From an uncultured Acidobacteriota bacterium (GTDB taxonomy: Bacteria; Acidobacteriota; UBA6911), in assembly GCA_963827655.1 (NCBI GenBank), contig CAWHCF010000002.1, positions 168,956 to 232,955 of the forward strand: DNA of 64,000 nt. The letters are read 5' to 3'. The notes under the pieces were generated by a model, which had not been told where the DNA came from, made no database searches, and saw only the letters and a list, made by a program, of their open reading frames with translations. Made by a program: the position numbers and the translations under genes. Shown piece by piece: positions 62,987 through 64,000 of the stretch. Positions within the stretch are counted from its first letter, which is position 1. Each line of letters opens with the position of its first letter.

Positions 62987-63585
62987 CCTTCTCCTGCGCA
63001 GCCGAGCAGTGAGTCGTATGCGGCGTACCCGCGGCGGTCCCACGCATAACCCGTACTTGCTTCACATACGCCGCAGGGATCGAGCTCGGGATACGCCGTT
63101 GCTGCAACGGCCAACCTGTGTTCCGCGGCGGTATGTCGTCGTGATCGCCAGATGGGTAATGAGTAGTCGCCTAGTGTTTAGGAATCGCCTCTATACAGCC
63201 ATCGGCTGTCACCGGACGTGTAACGGGCTACTCGTAGAAGTTGACGAAGTCTTTAACCGACTAGTTCGTTGAAAATATGCGGGTGCCAAGGCATGCAATT
63301 TGACGGCGCATTTCACGTCCTCGAGGAAATCGATTCCGGAATAGCCGGTATCGGGGGAACTTAGGCCGCTCGACCATGGTAGTACCGTAGCATATTTCCT
63401 AGCGCTCGCGGCACGCGATCTCGCCGGTCGTGCAGCCCACTTCGGCAGACGTAGTTTCCTAATCGTCTACGTTGCCGGAGATTTCGGCTTTTTCCTCACT
63501 CTAAGCACAGCGGGTCGAGGACGAAAACCTTGTCTGGAGGAGTCGCGGTGTGCAGTGGTATATTCCGATTACTAGAGGAGGAAAC

Positions 63586-63780
63586 ATGTCCGGAAAAAAG
63601 CAAAAGCCCGCGAGCGTTGAGGATGCAGCCATCCCCAAACGACCAATCGACAGCGAGCTCTCGGAGACAGAAAAACAAGATTTAATTGATCAGGTTGAAG
63701 AGTTTGAGGGACCGGACCGGCGCGAGATCCGAGGACAGGAGCCGAAGAAACCGCACGTTCCTGGCGTGTCCCACTCCTGA
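63586..63780 (+). CDS. Small hydrophilic hypothetical protein
   Basis: Strong RBS GAGGAGG before ATG; 64-aa charged ORF. Confidence 0.55.
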   Translation: MSGKKQKPASVEDAAIPKRPIDSELSETEKQDLIDQVEEFEGPDRREIRGQEPKKPHVPGVSHS

Positions 63781-64000
63781 ATTGTTTTCGTTCTCACCCA
63801 CGACCAAAACTTAATAGTCATCGCATTCTGCGTTCCGTGATGGTACAGCGGGCAAATCGAGTGGTTGGGATCGCGGGTTGGCTGATGGCGAAGGGGTAGG
63901 CTACTTGTAGAAGGGGCAGGACAGCCGCAAAACGTTGCCATCGCGGCTCAACTTCTCCAATCCCGACTACCATTGAGCCAGATGAGTAAACACTGCGGCG

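Overview
A 64-kb, mostly GC-rich mosaic accessory region. Gene content (carboxypeptidase-domain TonB-dependent receptors, ECF sigma/Ser-Thr kinase pairs, a DUF1592/DUF1552 pair, a multiheme TPR protein) suggests Acidobacteriota or a similar soil lineage; this is inference. The left half holds secreted hydrolases, receptors and oxidoreductases. The right half holds three type II toxin-antitoxin modules, nested IS1-, IS6- and IS66-family remnants, an argF-rocF pair, a small detoxification-type cluster and a second ECF/kinase locus. The most interesting object is a ~5.07-kb IS66-derived element (51831-56895) bounded by imperfect 21-bp inverted repeats. It has a DUF4338 (DruA-domain, Mom/GNAT-like) gene between tnpB and tnpC, plus a serine resolvase and two passenger genes inside the same ends. 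Also notable: two near-identical dif-like motifs, a C69/Ntn hydrolase with Ser at the usual Cys nucleophile position, palindromes bracketing a TonB receptor, and a 5-bp tandem-repeat frameshift in a secreted protein. Many single-base frameshifts look like long-read indel errors. No rRNA, tRNA, CRISPR array, integron integrase or reverse transcriptase was seen. All family assignments come from reading motifs by eye; no database searches were run.
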